62,988 bases of DNA, filler included, from Babesia bigemina (GCF_000981445.1; 9 parts of 9 records of this genome joined end to end with filler, not necessarily neighbours in it); one strand, 5' to 3'; positions 33,689-44,752 are shown, counted from the whole stretch's first letter. Numbers and translations are program-made. The notes: generated by a model not told the origin, from the sequence alone.

Positions 33689-34380
33689 GAGGGCAGTGGT
33701 AGTGGTAGTGTTGCAGTTGGTGAGTGCTGCTTAGGTGATTGATATGTCTGCAGGTTGAGGGGACTGGGAGCGGCAGTGGTACGTGTTGCAGTTGGTGAGT
33801 GCGTTGCTTGAGTGATTGATATGTTTGCAGGTTGAGGGGACTGGGAGCGGCAGTGGTACGTGTTGCAGTTGGTGAGTGCTTGCTAGGTGATTGATATGTT
33901 CGCAGGTTGAGAGACTGGGAGCGGCAGTGGTAGTGTTGCAGTTGGTGAGTGCTGCTTGAGTGATTGATATGTTTGCAGGCTGAGGGGACTGGTAGCGGCA
34001 GTGGTAGTGTTGCAGTTGGTGAGTGCTTGCTTAGTGAGTGATGTTTGCAGGTTGAGGAGACTGGGAGGGCAGTGGTAGTGGTAGTGTTGCAGTTGGTGAG
34101 TGCTGCTTAGGTGATTGATATGTCTGCAGGTTGAGGGGAGTGGGAGGGCAGTGGTAGTGGTAGTGTTGCAGTTGGTGAGTGCTGCTTAGGTGATTGATAT
34201 GTCTGCAGGTTGAGGGGAGTGGGAGCGGCAGTGGTACGTGTTGCAGTTGGTGAGTGCGTTGCTTGAGTGATTGATATGCTTGCAGGCTGAGAGGACTGGG
34301 AGCGGCAGTGGTACGTGTTGCATTAGGTGAGTGCGGTGCTAGGTGATTGACATGTTTGCAGGCTGAGGGGACTGGGAGGG
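33689..34380 (+). repeat. ~76-bp tandem repeat, about nine units, each with a GTGAGT...GCAG intron-like half
   Basis: GTGAGT recurs near 33720, 33795, 33872, 33945, 34019, 34096, 34173, 34250 and 34327. Confidence 0.93.
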
Positions 34381-34390
34381 GAAGGCGAAG

Positions 34391-34930
34391 ATGGTTTGGG
34401 TGTCCAGGTCAGGTGATACGTGTGTATGTAATACACATTGTAGATATCCTTATTGTAACTGTTGTCCCTGGTGCTGTGATAAATGTACGACTGACGGAAA
34501 GTGCGATGGATGTTGGGGAAATAACCTAATATGTATGCGTAACAATTACTGTTATTATAAAGGATGTGATTACAAACAAAAACAGTGTACCAACCCAAAG
34601 TGCCAATGTAAATGTTGCATAAAAAAATGTTCACAGAAGCCTGACGCCTGCAAGCCCCTTCCTCCCCCGCCTCCCGTTGCCTCCCCCGTTGTTCAGCCTC
34701 ATGTCGCCAGTGCAGAGGACCCGTCCCCTCCCGGAGCTCTCAAAAAAGAACCCGATTCCCCAGGTCCTTCCATTTCTCCCCCTTCCCCCCAAGCCATCGC
34801 CGCTGTCATCGTTGCCATCATCGTCGCCATCATCCTGCTCGACCTGTGCATCTTCCGCTTCCCGGTGGGCCGCAACATCCGCGATTTCCTCGTCCGCAAG
34901 ATACCCTTCTGCATCGCGTTCTACAGCTGA
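34391..34930 (+). CDS. Small Cys-rich membrane protein (Cys/Lys-rich domain, Pro-rich stalk, single TM, short tail)
   Basis: 179-aa ORF with 21 Cys in the first ~87 aa and TM IAAVIVAIIVAIILLDLCIF. Confidence 0.8.
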   Translation: MVWVSRSGDTCVCNTHCRYPYCNCCPWCCDKCTTDGKCDGCWGNNLICMRNNYCYYKGCDYKQKQCTNPKCQCKCCIKKCSQKPDACKPLPPPPPVASPVVQPHVASAEDPSPPGALKKEPDSPGPSISPPSPQAIAAVIVAIIVAIILLDLCIFRFPVGRNIRDFLVRKIPFCIAFYS

Positions 34931-35059
34931 TCTCAGCAATTTATTGGCACTGAAATTGTTAATCCAAATCTCACTGATCACCCAACTGACAACTGACATC
35001 TAATGTGCTAGACAGCAATGTTCGAGTTGATGACAAATCACATGGGCAGTGAGGTGACC

Positions 35060-35212
35060 ACTCCCTCCCTACTCCGTAATCGCCGCCGTCATCGTTGCCA
35101 TCATCGTCGCCATCATCCTGCTCGACCTGTGCATCTTCCGCTTCCCGGTGGGCCGCAACATCCGCGATTTCCTCGTCCGCAAGATACCCTTCTGCATCGC
35201 GTTCTACAGCTG
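35060..35212 (+). pseudogene. Orphan duplicate of the TM + cytoplasmic tail of 34391-34930
   Basis: Near-identical DNA encoding IAAVIVAIIVAIILLDLCIFRFPVGRNIRDFLVRKIPFCIAFYS*, out of frame with the upstream ATG. Confidence 0.8.
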
Positions 35213-35311
35213 AACTGAGCAATTTATTGGTGCAAACATCGTAATCCAAATCCTACTGATCACCTAACTGGCGACTGACTTCTAATGTGCTAGACAGTAG
35301 TGATCGCATTG

Positions 35312-35458
35312 ATGATCAATGACATGAGCAGTGAGGTGACTACTCCCCTCGTCCCTTACATCGTCGCCGCCGTCGCCCTCATCATCGTCGTCGTCTGCGT
35401 CATGATCTACTTCCGCATCCGGCCGTTCCACAGGGTGCGGTATCTACTGCGCAGCTGA
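35312..35458 (+). CDS. Candidate 48-aa single-TM microprotein
   Basis: MINDMSSEVTTPLVPYIVAAVALIIVVVCVMIYFRIRPFHRVRYLLRS*; not in the supplied ORF track because it is short. Confidence 0.45.
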   Translation: MINDMSSEVTTPLVPYIVAAVALIIVVVCVMIYFRIRPFHRVRYLLRS

Positions 35459-35549
35459 TGACAATAACCTAACTGGCCACTGACATCTAATGTTATAGAC
35501 AGAGTAATGATTGCATTGATGAACAATCACATGAGCAGTGAAGTGACCA

Positions 35550-35705
35550 TCCCCTCCTCCCTACTCCGCCATCGCCGCCGTCATCGTTGCCATCATCGTC
35601 GCCATCATCCTGCTCGACCTGTGCATCTTCCGCTTTCCGGTGGGCCGCAACATCCGCGATTTTCTCGTCCGCAAGATACCCTTCTGCATCGCGTTCTACA
35701 GCTAA
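35550..35705 (+). pseudogene. Second orphan duplicate of the TM + tail
   Basis: Same peptide with synonymous differences (TTT for TTC, TAA stop). Confidence 0.8.
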
Positions 35706-35829
35706 GCTTAGCAATTCGTTAGCGCCAACATCATAATCCATATTCCACTGATCACCTAACTGGCAACTGACATCTAATGTTCTACACTGAGTAATTGTTG
35801 CGTTGATGAGTAATGACATGAGCAGTGAG

Positions 35830-36851
35830 GTGACCTAGCACCTGACCAACGTGTTGACCAATGCCATGACCAGAGAGCTGACCAAAGTGCTGACTAAGGT
35901 GCTGACCAAGGTGCTGACCAATGCTATGACCAAGGTGCTGACCAACGTGCTGACCAAGGTGCTGACCAATGCCACGACCAGAGTGGTGACCAAAGTGGTG
36001 ACCAATGTGCTGACCAATGCCATGACCAGAGTGCTGACCAAGGTGCTGACCAATGCCATGACCAAGGTGCTGACCAAGGTGCTGACCAATGCCATGACCA
36101 AGGTGCTGACCAAGGTGCTGACCAATGCCACGACCAGAGTGGTGACCAGAGAGCTGACCAAAGTGCTGACTAAGGTGCTGACCAAGGTGCTGACCAAGGT
36201 GCTGACCACAGTGGTGACCAATGCCATGACCAGAGTGTTGACCAAGGTGCTGAACAATGCCATGACCAAGGTGCTGCCCAAGGTGCTGACCAAAGTGCTG
36301 ACCAACGTGTTGACCAACGTGCTGACCAACGTGCTGACCTATGTGCTGACCAACCACCTGACCAAGTTAGTGGTCACGGCAGCGATGACATGGTCACGGC
36401 AGCGGTGACATGGTAACGGCAGCGATGACATGGTCACGGCAGCGATGACATTGTCACGGCAGCGATGACATTGTCACGGCAGCGATGACATTGTCACGGC
36501 AGCGATGACATGGTAACGGCAGCGATGACATGGACACGGCAGCGATGACATGGACACAAGTGGTGATTATTATCCACTCTACATCGCCCCTTAACCCACT
36601 CCACATCGCCCCTTAACCCACTCTACATCGCTCCTTAACCTCCCTACATCGCTCCCTAACCCACTCCACATCGCCCCTTTACCCACTCTACATCGCTCCC
36701 TAACCCACTCCACATCGCCCTTTACCCACTCTACATCGCTCCCTAACCCACTCTACATCGCTTCTTTACCCACTCCACATCGCCCCTTAACCCACCCCTA
36801 AATCCCCCCTTAACCACTCTAATTGCCCCTTTATCACTCCACATCGCCCCT
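35830..36851 (+). repeat. Ordered satellite cassette: 12-mer (GTGCTGACCAAG) 35830-36366, 20-mer (GGCAGCGATGACATGGTCAC) 36371-36557, 22-mer C-rich 36572-36851
   Basis: Direct inspection of tandem units. Confidence 0.95.
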
Positions 36852-36999
36852 NNNNNNNNNNNNNNNNNNNNNNNNNNNNNNNNNNNNNNNNNNNNTTAAT
36901 TAATTAANNNNNNNNNNNNNNNNNNNNNNNNNNNNNNNNNNNNNNNNNNNNCACTCAATAATCGTCGTATGTGATTGCTTAGTTAGCATGTGGGTTATG

Positions 37000-37870
37000 T
37001 GCTGACCTAGTGGCTGACCTACCACCTGACCAATGCCATGACCAAAGTGCTGACCGAGGTGCTGACCAAAGTGGTGACCAAGGTGGTGACCTATGTGCTG
37101 ACCAATGCCATGACCAACGTGTTGACCAATGTGCTGACCAATGTGGTGACCAAGGTGCTGACCAATGTGCTGACCAAGTTGATGGTCACGGCAGCGATGA
37201 CAGTGGTCACGGCAGCGATGTCTTGGTCACGGCAGCGATGTCTTGGTCACGGCAGCGATGACATGGTCAAGGCAGCGGTGACATGGTTACGGCAGCGGTG
37301 ACATGGTTACAGCAGCGATGTCTTGGTCACTGCAGCGATGACATGGACACAGCAGCGATGACATGGTCACTGCAGCGATGACATGGTCACGGCAGCGATG
37401 ACAGTGGTGACCAAGTTGATGACCTAAGTAGTGATTATTATCCACTCTACATCGCCCCTTAACCACCTTACATCGCCCCTTTACCCACTCCTCATCGCTC
37501 CCTAACCCACTCCTCATCGCTCCTTAGTCCACTCTACATCGCTCCTTAGTCCACTCTACATCGCTCCTCTATCCACTCTACATCGCCCCTTAACCCACTC
37601 TACATCGCCCCTTTATCCACCTTCCATCGCTCCTTTATCCACTCTACATCGCTCCTTTATCCACTCTACATCGCCCCTTTACCCACTCTACATCGCTCCC
37701 TAATCCACTCTACATCGCTCCCTAACCCACTCTACATCGCTCCTTAACCCACTCTACATCGCTCCCTAACCCACTCTACATCGCTCCTTTACCCACTCTA
37801 CATCGCCCCTTTACCCACTCCACATCGCTCCTTTATCCACTCTACATCACCCCTTTACCCACGCTACATC
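37000..37870 (+). repeat. Complete satellite cassette upstream of a ves gene: 12-mer 37000-37178, 20-mer 37183-37402, 22-mer 37440-37870
   Basis: Same order and orientation as the other copies; ends about 30 bp before the ves ATG. Confidence 0.95.
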
Positions 37871-37898
37871 CCTTGAATCACCTCGCCATATTACCGCT

Positions 37899-40800
37899 AT
37901 GACCTCTATAAACCATCCTAATAACTTGTGCCTTGTCACCCTTCCCTTCCCTTCTTCCACCTCTTGCCACTGCCCTGACCATGTGCCTCCTAGGGAGCTT
38001 GACAAGAAATTTGATGAAAATAAAAAGTGCGAAATAACCTCAAATAACAATCCTACTAACATCCTTACTAACCTCTGCACTGGCCTCGAAACCTTCCTCG
38101 GCTTTAACCCTGAGACAAAAGGCTACGACGGCAGTGGCATTGTGTACTCTGACCTTGACAGGCTGTGTGATGCAGTGATGGGATTTTTGAGTGGTGTTCT
38201 CAGTAACATCAAAGACCATTTAGGGCAGCATAAAGATACTTTAGAAGATGCAATTGACACTCTTAACACCAATAAACACGCCGGTAAAAAAGGTTTTAGT
38301 GTTGCGATTGTAAAGGTGGTCGAAGGGGTGGGGAGGTATAATAAGGCAGTTAAAAAGTCAAATGATCAAGTTAAAAACATCGTCACAGATCTACAAGGCT
38401 ACACTGAAAATGGAGGTAAGTTACGTGTTTATCTTAATACTTTGCAGAATCTGGAGAGCTCTTCACATGAAGATGTTAACAAGGCCAAGCAGCAAGTGGA
38501 AGAGAAGCTGCAAGAATCCCAACGGGAAGCGAGAAACTTCACTGACGCATTAGATACAACAAATACTAAAAATCTTAATGTAGACGCCATTAATGATCTT
38601 AATGATAAAGTAAAACAGAAACTTGCTAACGTGCGTAGTACTGTGATGTATGAAAACGGGCGGTTGGAGGCGGTCAAGGCGCACGCAGAGGGGGAGTTGG
38701 CAGAGACGATAAAAAAAGTTGGTGAAGCGTTAAGGGCTTTGAAAGTAAGTGTAGATTGTAATATAAGTGAACAAGTGACATTGCTGGTTAATGATTTGAA
38801 AACAAGGGTAGAGAAGATTTTGCAACTCTTGAAGACCATTCATAGTATGCTGATCGCTTACGTTCAAGAGGTGGGTGAGTGGATTACCAAGGCAGAACCA
38901 GCCGTTCACGCAGCGTTGGAGAAAGTGGAACAAATAATTAGGGAAGCGAATGCAGGTGACCAGAGCAAACAACCGGCGCAGATTATAGCGGTGGCCGACC
39001 AGTTGAAAGTGCAGGCTGACTTACTGTATGCATCTGGTACTGCGGCGAAGGAGAGAGTTATTGCGGAAGTGAAAACAGCGCTTGAGGCTGTGAGAAAAAT
39101 GGATGGGGAATTGAAGGAGGATTTGTATGGAGTTAAGAAAGCAGTAGAGGGGCAGGTTACTAAAATTAAGGAGGCGATCGGACAAGTGTACAATAATGTA
39201 ACCGGCAAGCAAGGTCCAGTAGGAGAGGAGAATAAGAGTATCGAAAAGGTGATAGAACACATTAAAGAAAAGATATACAATATTGAGGGGCATGTTGGTG
39301 AACCGATTAACGGTGGAGGACCTCTGGCTGGGACGGATGAGAGTATATATAAGAATTGGGGTGCTCTAAAAAGTAAAATAATGACGGCGGTCAATGAAAT
39401 TTATAATAAGGAAAAAAGCAAAAATAGTAGTTACCTTGGCAAAATTCAGTACGGTGTGGCGGTGTATGCTGCTTTGTTTAAAGATACGAAAGGAGGTAAT
39501 GGGTACGACAAGACACTTGGTGAATGGGTGACAGCAATTGTTGCGACGGAAGCAGTTAAAGGTTGGATTGACAAGTATGTTGAGGAAAACAAGGGCAGCG
39601 GTTACTTTAGTGGTACCTTGAAAAGTGGAGGGCATGAAGGAATTCGTAATCGTGTTACACCTATGTTTAAGGTTAATATTACAGAAAAAATTCAAGAGAT
39701 CAAGCCAGATACGTTTGCCTCTAAGAACACTGTGGAAGAGAAGCTGTCTTATGTTAAAGAATATCTCACTAAGTTCTCGAATGATGTAATGAGCAAGGAA
39801 GATGAGATAATAAAGGCGATTGAAGGTCAAATAAAACACGATCATGATTTGGTTTCGTATGTTAAAGGTGGAGCTTATAAACCCTTCTATCTTAAACACG
39901 CCGTTCGAGCCATCCTTTATGGTCTGAAATACGCTGCAGAAAAACTTGCTGAACAGCTTGACAAATTTGCAATTACGAATACAGATCTTCACACCAATTT
40001 GGCAGCGTCTATTGCAAACGTGGAATTAATCGGCCAACAATTCGACGCTGAGAAATCCTTCGGCGCTAAAATTGATGGAGCACTGAAGAGCGTTAAACTA
40101 GAAATTAACCAGCTGCATGGTCAGCTTAACTCCGCTGTAGACGATAGCGCCAGAGGCGCCTCTAGCGCTAGCAATGCCAAAGCCGTCGACGACGCCATAT
40201 CAGAAATGAACAACGTGGCTGATAAGCAAATCGGGACGACCCCGCTGGTAGGTGGAGGCACATCAGGTGAAAGAATCTCATCGCTCGGTGTGGACGGCTT
40301 TGTGAAATATAAACTGCAAGTTATCCCAGATAGCGTATCTGCGGCAGAAAGTGACCCAGAACCTCTCAAGGGCACCCTCCCAGCTGCCATCAAAAAGATC
40401 CGTGATCAAGTTAATGAGTCCTTACAAAACATTGACGATCACATCGGTGAAGCTGCACTGAAGCTGGTTGATGTCACGAACGGCATCAGCAAGCTGTGCG
40501 GAGACATCACGTATGCCGCCCAAACTGATCCGAGTAGCGCTAGAACAAAATTGTTGGAGTTGAAAAACACATACTTTGCAGATTCCACGGCTGCCAAAAA
40601 CAGCATTAATAAGATTCATACACAGCTCAGCAGACTACAGAAAGATCAAGTGGCGAATGCCATCAAAGAGGCGCAGACATTACTTGGACATGCCGGTCCG
40701 GCCGGTGACGCAACAATCCGGGTATTGGAAAAGCAGGTAAAACACGACGTGGATATTGCTCAGCAGACTTTGACCACCCACGCCCGCAAGCAGTATGTAA

Positions 40801-43511
40801 ACTTGCTGAAGTTTGCGCTCCAGAAGTTCGCGGAGAAAATCACGACCGAACTGCAACCTCTGCAAAACGCGATCTCAGACGACCTGGAACACGGGCACAA
40901 GAAATTCATGAATATATTCGCTGACACTGTCCTGGATAAAACCAAAGACATCGACGCCATTGACACCACTTCCTCTAAGAAGGAGCGTTATCCGCTGAGC
41001 AAGGCGGCCGATATATGCAAGGACGCGGTCAAAGGTTTTTTCGGCACTCTTCAAAAACATAACGATTTCACGTCCGACGTTGATAAAGTATCCCCGTCCA
41101 CAAGTTCACTCAGGACATTGTTTAGTAAACTGCATCACGCTAAACATTTCAACAAAGAATTCAGCGACAACTTAGAGTCACTTGCCAACGAGCTCCGCGG
41201 ACTCAACCCTAAAGCGTACGGGGAGGGCAACAACCCTTGGCTTTTCGAGTCGCTTAAGAAGGGCCTGTCACTTTTGGTCGAGGAGTTTGGCAAAACATAC
41301 ATATCGACGTACTCGCAAGAAACCATCGAGTGGGAACAGGGCACAGCTGACGAGAAGCTGAAGTATGCCAAAGTGCTCTTCACGATGGCGCCCTTCATAT
41401 ATCATGAGTTGACTGAGCTCAAAGAAGGCCTGGAGAGGAAAGATGACAAATGGAATCTACATGGCATATATAATACATCAGACGCTAATCAGAACTTGCA
41501 CGCCCTTTTCTTCCGTGAGAACGGTTACGATGTTGGTCTACCTGACGATGCCGCGCACGGCGCACTTAACCACAGGGAGACGTTGAAAGGTAGTACCATC
41601 CTGCGCTATCTTACTGCTGACAAATATCAGCTGTTCAAGCAGACCGCCACTGCCTTGTCATCATCTGGTGACAATGAAGGTGGACTGACAGTGCAGTTGG
41701 AAGAGGAGAACGGTGTGATCAGGAGATTGTACGATTGCCTGCATACGTACTCGAAAGTCTGCCACTTGATTATCCACCCGAAAACTAGACCACCGTGCTC
41801 CGTTTACGAAATTCTCGTCTGGTGCTGCGGCCTGCAGTTCAACCCCGTGTACGGCAAGCTGAAGGCGCACATTGAATCTGAGTTCATGAAGGACGACAAG
41901 CAACGGCCGGGTACTAAAACGCTGCAGCCCTTCGATGCGCACCCATATCCAGTCAAGTACACTGACGTTGTCGACGAGCTCTACAATGTGTCTGCCCACT
42001 CCCACGCCGTCCTCACCGCTATCCTAGGCCACGGTCACAAGGACGGAATCTACGCGTGTGATTTCTCCAGCAACTCGCTGAAGTTAGACTACCCTAGCAA
42101 CATGATTCAACTGCTGTGTACGTTGTTCGACCAGCTCAAGCGCCTCTACCACCAGCTGTACTTCCTGCTGCAGCAGTGTAGGCACAACGCACAGCTCAGC
42201 GGCTGGAAGGACTGTCACTACGGCAAGTACATCGGTGGGTCGGGCTGGCAGTGCAACACAAAGCAATGCCCTAAGCAAGACTGCGACCAAAGGCACGACC
42301 AAAGTGGCAACCAAAGGAATGAGCAATATCCCAACTGCGGCGTCAAGTCGCCACTGCAATCGTTCTTGGAGGACGGTTTGAAAGGCCACCTGCCGCATTC
42401 GGTGTCAGCTAGGGGATCCAGTCTGTCATGTGGCACGTGTGGTAGCACACCTGGTATGCCGTGCAGAACGCCAATGGGCTTCGCTGACATCAGTGCCATT
42501 GCGTCGCATACGATGATGGGCCGGAATATATGCGAGGTGCTTTACTATTTCTGTGGGAGTGCAAAATCTCCTCTTACTAAACTGTGCGGTTACTTGAACT
42601 GCCTTCTGCCTAGTGCGCCGAAAACGCTGGCGGACATGTTCAGCTTCTACTATCATCTCACCGATCGCTGGGGTATGCATGGTCAAGAGCATAAGAAAGA
42701 TGCATTTGACGAGCAAGTTAAAGCTGCCAATTTCGGACGTCAGTATACTGCGTTGAACGTCTACCACTTATTTACCCCTAGTCACTCAGCATTGAAGAAA
42801 GGCCACTCCGATGGCAGCCTGGGCAGTCTCGTATGCTTATCACGGGACGCCGTCGTATGCGGTCCTTATCTGCGGCCCATCAGTCACGCCATCTACGAGA
42901 CGTTCTCGTCAAAACACGCCGATAAGTATTTGTCGTGGATCGTTTACCTGACGGCATCGTTCTACGATCTGCTTAAGAAATTGTATGATGAGTGCAATTC
43001 CAAATGCGGTTCCAGGGGATCGAATTGCCACGTGAAAGCGTGCGTCAAGGAGTGTCCTACTACATCCAAACAAGATCCGCCACGATATCACGATACCAAA
43101 TGCAAATCCATTGTAAGCTGCAATGCTACGCTGCCAACATTGGCAAAATACGGATTCGTTTTCGGCAACCCAGAAAAGCTAGACGGAAGTGAACGATCGC
43201 AAACGAAACGCACGTGCAGAGATCTCTGTACAGTATTTGCGGAGGCATTTGAGGAAGACTCACATCTTGTGAAGTTTTTCAAAGCCATTGATAATTTCAT
43301 ATTCACCATCAGAGAGCCGTTTATATGGCTCAACGTCGCACTCTGGCTCCTCTCTTTCCTCTACCTCACCCACATCATGGTCATCCGCCTCGACCTGCTC
43401 CACATCAAATCGCACTTACATAGTCCCTCATCACATCGCATCGCTGCTCAATCACTACTCGCTGCCGCACGTGTTAACAAACTTAACAGAGTGTTTTACC
43501 TGCAACCATAA
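37899..43511 (+). CDS. ves1-like variant erythrocyte surface antigen, full length 1870 aa (...RVFYLQP tail type)
   Basis: MTSINHPNNLCL leader, GIVYSDLDRLCD, coiled-coil body, Cys-rich domain, TM, LHIKSHLHSPSSHRIAAQSLL tail. Confidence 0.9.
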   Translation: MTSINHPNNLCLVTLPFPSSTSCHCPDHVPPRELDKKFDENKKCEITSNNNPTNILTNLCTGLETFLGFNPETKGYDGSGIVYSDLDRLCDAVMGFLSGVLSNIKDHLGQHKDTLEDAIDTLNTNKHAGKKGFSVAIVKVVEGVGRYNKAVKKSNDQVKNIVTDLQGYTENGGKLRVYLNTLQNLESSSHEDVNKAKQQVEEKLQESQREARNFTDALDTTNTKNLNVDAINDLNDKVKQKLANVRSTVMYENGRLEAVKAHAEGELAETIKKVGEALRALKVSVDCNISEQVTLLVNDLKTRVEKILQLLKTIHSMLIAYVQEVGEWITKAEPAVHAALEKVEQIIREANAGDQSKQPAQIIAVADQLKVQADLLYASGTAAKERVIAEVKTALEAVRKMDGELKEDLYGVKKAVEGQVTKIKEAIGQVYNNVTGKQGPVGEENKSIEKVIEHIKEKIYNIEGHVGEPINGGGPLAGTDESIYKNWGALKSKIMTAVNEIYNKEKSKNSSYLGKIQYGVAVYAALFKDTKGGNGYDKTLGEWVTAIVATEAVKGWIDKYVEENKGSGYFSGTLKSGGHEGIRNRVTPMFKVNITEKIQEIKPDTFASKNTVEEKLSYVKEYLTKFSNDVMSKEDEIIKAIEGQIKHDHDLVSYVKGGAYKPFYLKHAVRAILYGLKYAAEKLAEQLDKFAITNTDLHTNLAASIANVELIGQQFDAEKSFGAKIDGALKSVKLEINQLHGQLNSAVDDSARGASSASNAKAVDDAISEMNNVADKQIGTTPLVGGGTSGERISSLGVDGFVKYKLQVIPDSVSAAESDPEPLKGTLPAAIKKIRDQVNESLQNIDDHIGEAALKLVDVTNGISKLCGDITYAAQTDPSSARTKLLELKNTYFADSTAAKNSINKIHTQLSRLQKDQVANAIKEAQTLLGHAGPAGDATIRVLEKQVKHDVDIAQQTLTTHARKQYVNLLKFALQKFAEKITTELQPLQNAISDDLEHGHKKFMNIFADTVLDKTKDIDAIDTTSSKKERYPLSKAADICKDAVKGFFGTLQKHNDFTSDVDKVSPSTSSLRTLFSKLHHAKHFNKEFSDNLESLANELRGLNPKAYGEGNNPWLFESLKKGLSLLVEEFGKTYISTYSQETIEWEQGTADEKLKYAKVLFTMAPFIYHELTELKEGLERKDDKWNLHGIYNTSDANQNLHALFFRENGYDVGLPDDAAHGALNHRETLKGSTILRYLTADKYQLFKQTATALSSSGDNEGGLTVQLEEENGVIRRLYDCLHTYSKVCHLIIHPKTRPPCSVYEILVWCCGLQFNPVYGKLKAHIESEFMKDDKQRPGTKTLQPFDAHPYPVKYTDVVDELYNVSAHSHAVLTAILGHGHKDGIYACDFSSNSLKLDYPSNMIQLLCTLFDQLKRLYHQLYFLLQQCRHNAQLSGWKDCHYGKYIGGSGWQCNTKQCPKQDCDQRHDQSGNQRNEQYPNCGVKSPLQSFLEDGLKGHLPHSVSARGSSLSCGTCGSTPGMPCRTPMGFADISAIASHTMMGRNICEVLYYFCGSAKSPLTKLCGYLNCLLPSAPKTLADMFSFYYHLTDRWGMHGQEHKKDAFDEQVKAANFGRQYTALNVYHLFTPSHSALKKGHSDGSLGSLVCLSRDAVVCGPYLRPISHAIYETFSSKHADKYLSWIVYLTASFYDLLKKLYDECNSKCGSRGSNCHVKACVKECPTTSKQDPPRYHDTKCKSIVSCNATLPTLAKYGFVFGNPEKLDGSERSQTKRTCRDLCTVFAEAFEEDSHLVKFFKAIDNFIFTIREPFIWLNVALWLLSFLYLTHIMVIRLDLLHIKSHLHSPSSHRIAAQSLLAAARVNKLNRVFYLQP

Positions 43512-43640
43512 TCGTACTCACGTGTTTACTACCTACACTCACCTAGCATATCACCTACTCACCTAACTTATGAATTGTGCTTTAAGCTGTTGCATCACTC
43601 ATTCATCGTTGTATGTTGTTGTGTAGTAGTTAACTAAAGT
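43512..43640 (+). other. Conserved ves 3' flank/UTR (also 45580-45702 on minus and 62745-62868)
   Basis: TCGTACTCACGTGT.TACTA.CTACACTCACCTAGCAT...CACCTAACTTATGAATTGT is nearly identical after all three YLQP genes. Confidence 0.9.
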
Positions 43641-44652
43641 GATGATCAACCACCTGACCTAGTAGCTGACCAATGCCATGACCAATGTGCTGACCAATGC
43701 CACGACCAGAGTGCTGACCAATGCCATGACCAATGTGCTGACCAATGCCATGACCAATGTGCTGACCAAGATGCTGACCAGAGTGCTGACCAAGGTGCTG
43801 ACCAAGGTGCTGACCAATGCCATGACCAACGTGCTGACCAACGTGCTGACCAATGCCATGACCAAAATGCTGCCCAAAGTGCTGCCCAATGTGGTGACCA
43901 ATGCCATGACCAAAGTGGTGACCAATGTGCTGACCAACCACCTGACCAATGCCACGACCAAAGTGGTGACCAATGCCATGACCAGAGTGGTGACCAATGT
44001 GCTGACCAAGGTGGTGACCAAGTTGATGGGCACGGCAGCGATGACATGGGCACGGCAGCGATGACATGGTCACAAGTGGTGTTTATTATCCACTCTACAT
44101 CGCCCGTTTATCCACTCAACATCGCTCCCTAATCCACTCCACATCGCCCCTTTATCCACTCTACATCGCCCTTTATCCACTCTACATCGCTCCCTAACCC
44201 ACTCTACATCGCCCCTTAACCCACTCTACATCGCTCCCTAACCCACTCTACATCGCCCCTTAACCCACTCTACATCGCTCCTTTATCCACTCCGCATCGC
44301 TCCTCTACCCACTCTACATCGCCCCTTTACCCACTCTACATCGCCCCTTTACCCACTCTACATCGCCCCTTTATCCACTCTACATGGCCCCTTAACCCAC
44401 TCTACATCGCTCCCTTAACCACTCTACATCGCCCCTTTATCCACTCTACATCGCTCCCTAACCCACTCCACATCGCTCCTCTATCCACTCTACATCGCCC
44501 CTTAACCCACTCTACATCGCCCCTTTATCCACTCTACATCGCTCCCTAACCCACTCTACATCGCTCCTTAACCCACTCTACATCGCCCCTTAACCCACTC
44601 TACATCGCCCCTTAACCCACTCTACATCGCCCCTTAACCCACTCTACATCGC
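43640..44652 (+). repeat. Satellite cassette downstream of a ves gene: 12-mer 43640-44022, 20-mer 44027-44072, 22-mer 44088-44652
   Basis: Direct inspection. Confidence 0.95.
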
Positions 44653-44752
44653 NNNNNNNNNNNNNNNNNNNNNNNNNNNNNNNNNNNNNNNNNNNNTTAA
44701 TTAATTAANNNNNNNNNNNNNNNNNNNNNNNNNNNNNNNNNNNNNNNNNNNN

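Noticed and set aside
35782..36408. ORFs with VLTK/GQHL/LVST repeats (also 37010-37301, 43630-44073)
   Set aside because: By-products of a stop-poor 12-bp satellite open in several frames; no evidence of coding.
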